64,000 nucleotides of DNA, taken from positions 25,857 to 89,856 of IMG/VR virus record IMGVR_UViG_3300015263_000653; one strand, given 5' to 3'. Under the pieces are notes generated by a model that ran no database searches, was not told the DNA's origin, and saw only the letters and a program-made list of their open reading frames with translations. The DNA is from a virus. The position numbers and the translations under genes are program-made. Of this stretch, positions 62,770-64,000 are shown one piece after another; the first letter of the stretch is position 1, and each line of letters begins with the position of its first letter.

Positions 62770-64000
62770 ATGGCAATCCCAACAGCACCACTGTATCCAG
62801 ATCAATTCGACAATGATACAAACTTGTATCATGTCCACGACTCCATCAGACTTCGGCTGCGTGAAGATTTCAATCCGGGCGATACTGTCGTCAAGGCTTT
62901 TGGCGATCCCTTTGTTATTGCTCGAATGCCAGAGAGTGGGCGAATCACGCTCACAGAACAATGCAGCGAATTGGATACTCGTGCTGTGTCTTACCATTAC
63001 ACCACATTCGACCCACTGAATGTGGAATTCAGCGGACTAACAGTCTTGCCGGGATTCACAGAAATCGCCAAACCCAAGAGTATCACAAACGTCACCATCA
63101 ATGTGATGGCCGACGACCATAACAACATCAAGGATTCGCTGATCGCCATCCAAGAGTTTGCTGGAGTAAAGGGCACAGAAGACAAAGAACCATTCGGTGA
63201 AACTCTTGAAGGTCGCATCAATTTTCTGCGCCGTCTCGTGTTACAACCGAAGGCTTGGTTTACCTCAGATATTCGTACAGGCAATGTCCCGCTCTGTGTT
63301 GAGTTCAAAGAGCAGGCGTTTCGTCTGGGAACTGATGGAAACACTGGGACAATCAAGTACACTTGGGACTTCGGCGATCAATCTTCGATCATCTCAGTTT
63401 ACAGTACCATCAGCGTCTCTGATGCAGTCCCGAACAATAGCGTCGATGTGTTGGTGAGGGACACAGATGGTGGAACCGTTAAGAAGTGCTATTACCAGCC
63501 GGGCCTTTACACAGTGAAGCTGACTGTGGAGAACGATTTCGGTTCTGATACCGTCGAGTTCCCAGCTTACATCAATGCCAAGGTTAAGGCTCCAGAGGAC
63601 GCTATCATTCGTTTCATCGAAAACACCTCGAACCAAGACGCTACGCCGGGCGTGCCTCCGAATGGGCCATTTGAAACTCTGCCAAAGATTCGATCTCCAA
63701 TCAATACACTGATTCAGATTGAAATTCAGGACGGTGAAAACCCTGCTACGCCGGGCCGAAGTTTCGGTGGCGAACCATTGGACGAACTGGGCAACGCACT
63801 CGATCCAATCACCAATTACACATGGGAGTTGGGCGACGACCTTCTGCATCCAAACTCTCCTCTCACCAAGGCTTCTTACAGTGTTGGTGGAATCTATGAC
63901 TTGAAACTGCGTGTGGATACACAATTCGGTGCTTACAGAATTACCACCTACGAGGATAGCATTGACATCATCGAGAACACAAACCTTTGGTTGTGGACAT
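62770..64000 (+). CDS. PKD-domain virion protein, truncated by the window end
   Basis: Hand-translated MAIPTAPLYP...; TWDFGD, YYQPGLYTVKLTVEN; N-terminal domain resembles the preceding gene (HNNIKDSLI vs HNAIKDAII). Confidence 0.85.
   Translation, partial: MAIPTAPLYPDQFDNDTNLYHVHDSIRLRLREDFNPGDTVVKAFGDPFVIARMPESGRITLTEQCSELDTRAVSYHYTTFDPLNVEFSGLTVLPGFTEIAKPKSITNVTINVMADDHNNIKDSLIAIQEFAGVKGTEDKEPFGETLEGRINFLRRLVLQPKAWFTSDIRTGNVPLCVEFKEQAFRLGTDGNTGTIKYTWDFGDQSSIISVYSTISVSDAVPNNSVDVLVRDTDGGTVKKCYYQPGLYTVKLTVENDFGSDTVEFPAYINAKVKAPEDAIIRFIENTSNQDATPGVPPNGPFETLPKIRSPINTLIQIEIQDGENPATPGRSFGGEPLDELGNALDPITNYTWELGDDLLHPNSPLTKASYSVGGIYDLKLRVDTQFGAYRITTYEDSIDIIENTNLWLWT

Noticed and set aside
1-64000. 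Stop-codon reassignment as in some jumbo phages
   Set aside because: Genes are full length and tightly coupled under the standard code, and TAA, TGA and TAG all terminate ORFs

Overview
This window looks like part of a large contractile-tailed (T4-like, jumbo-type) bacteriophage genome. The HU-like and DUF3568-like genes hint at a Planctomycetota/PVC host (inference). It has four zones. (1) 1-6621: a + strand array of 17 short ORFs and 5 non-coding, hairpin-rich units, punctuated by 24 copies of the motif (T/C)(A/G)ACACCCGCTTG-N5-YGT. The first triplet of the motif doubles as the stop codon of the preceding gene. (2) About 7-33 kb: mostly minus-strand small hypothetical genes plus metabolic and proteolytic genes (Rieske oxygenase, second Rieske protein, HU, VOC/HPPD-like, rhomboid, RNase H, RmlB-like, M14 peptidase, AAA ATPase, ClpP, His-phosphatase, HAD). 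(3) 33.5-34.6 kb: a ~1 kb unit with no convincing gene, bounded by a promoter and a terminator and rich in stems, a candidate large structured ncRNA. It is followed by a CCA-adding-like nucleotidyltransferase with an altered DxD motif and PurN. (4) 39.8-64 kb: tail/baseplate module (gp2-like, tape measure, gp53/gp5/gp25/gp6-like, PKD proteins). The best novel-system candidates are the repeat-delimited protein+RNA cassette array and the ~1 kb ncRNA. All functional calls come from motif recognition by eye; no searches were run.
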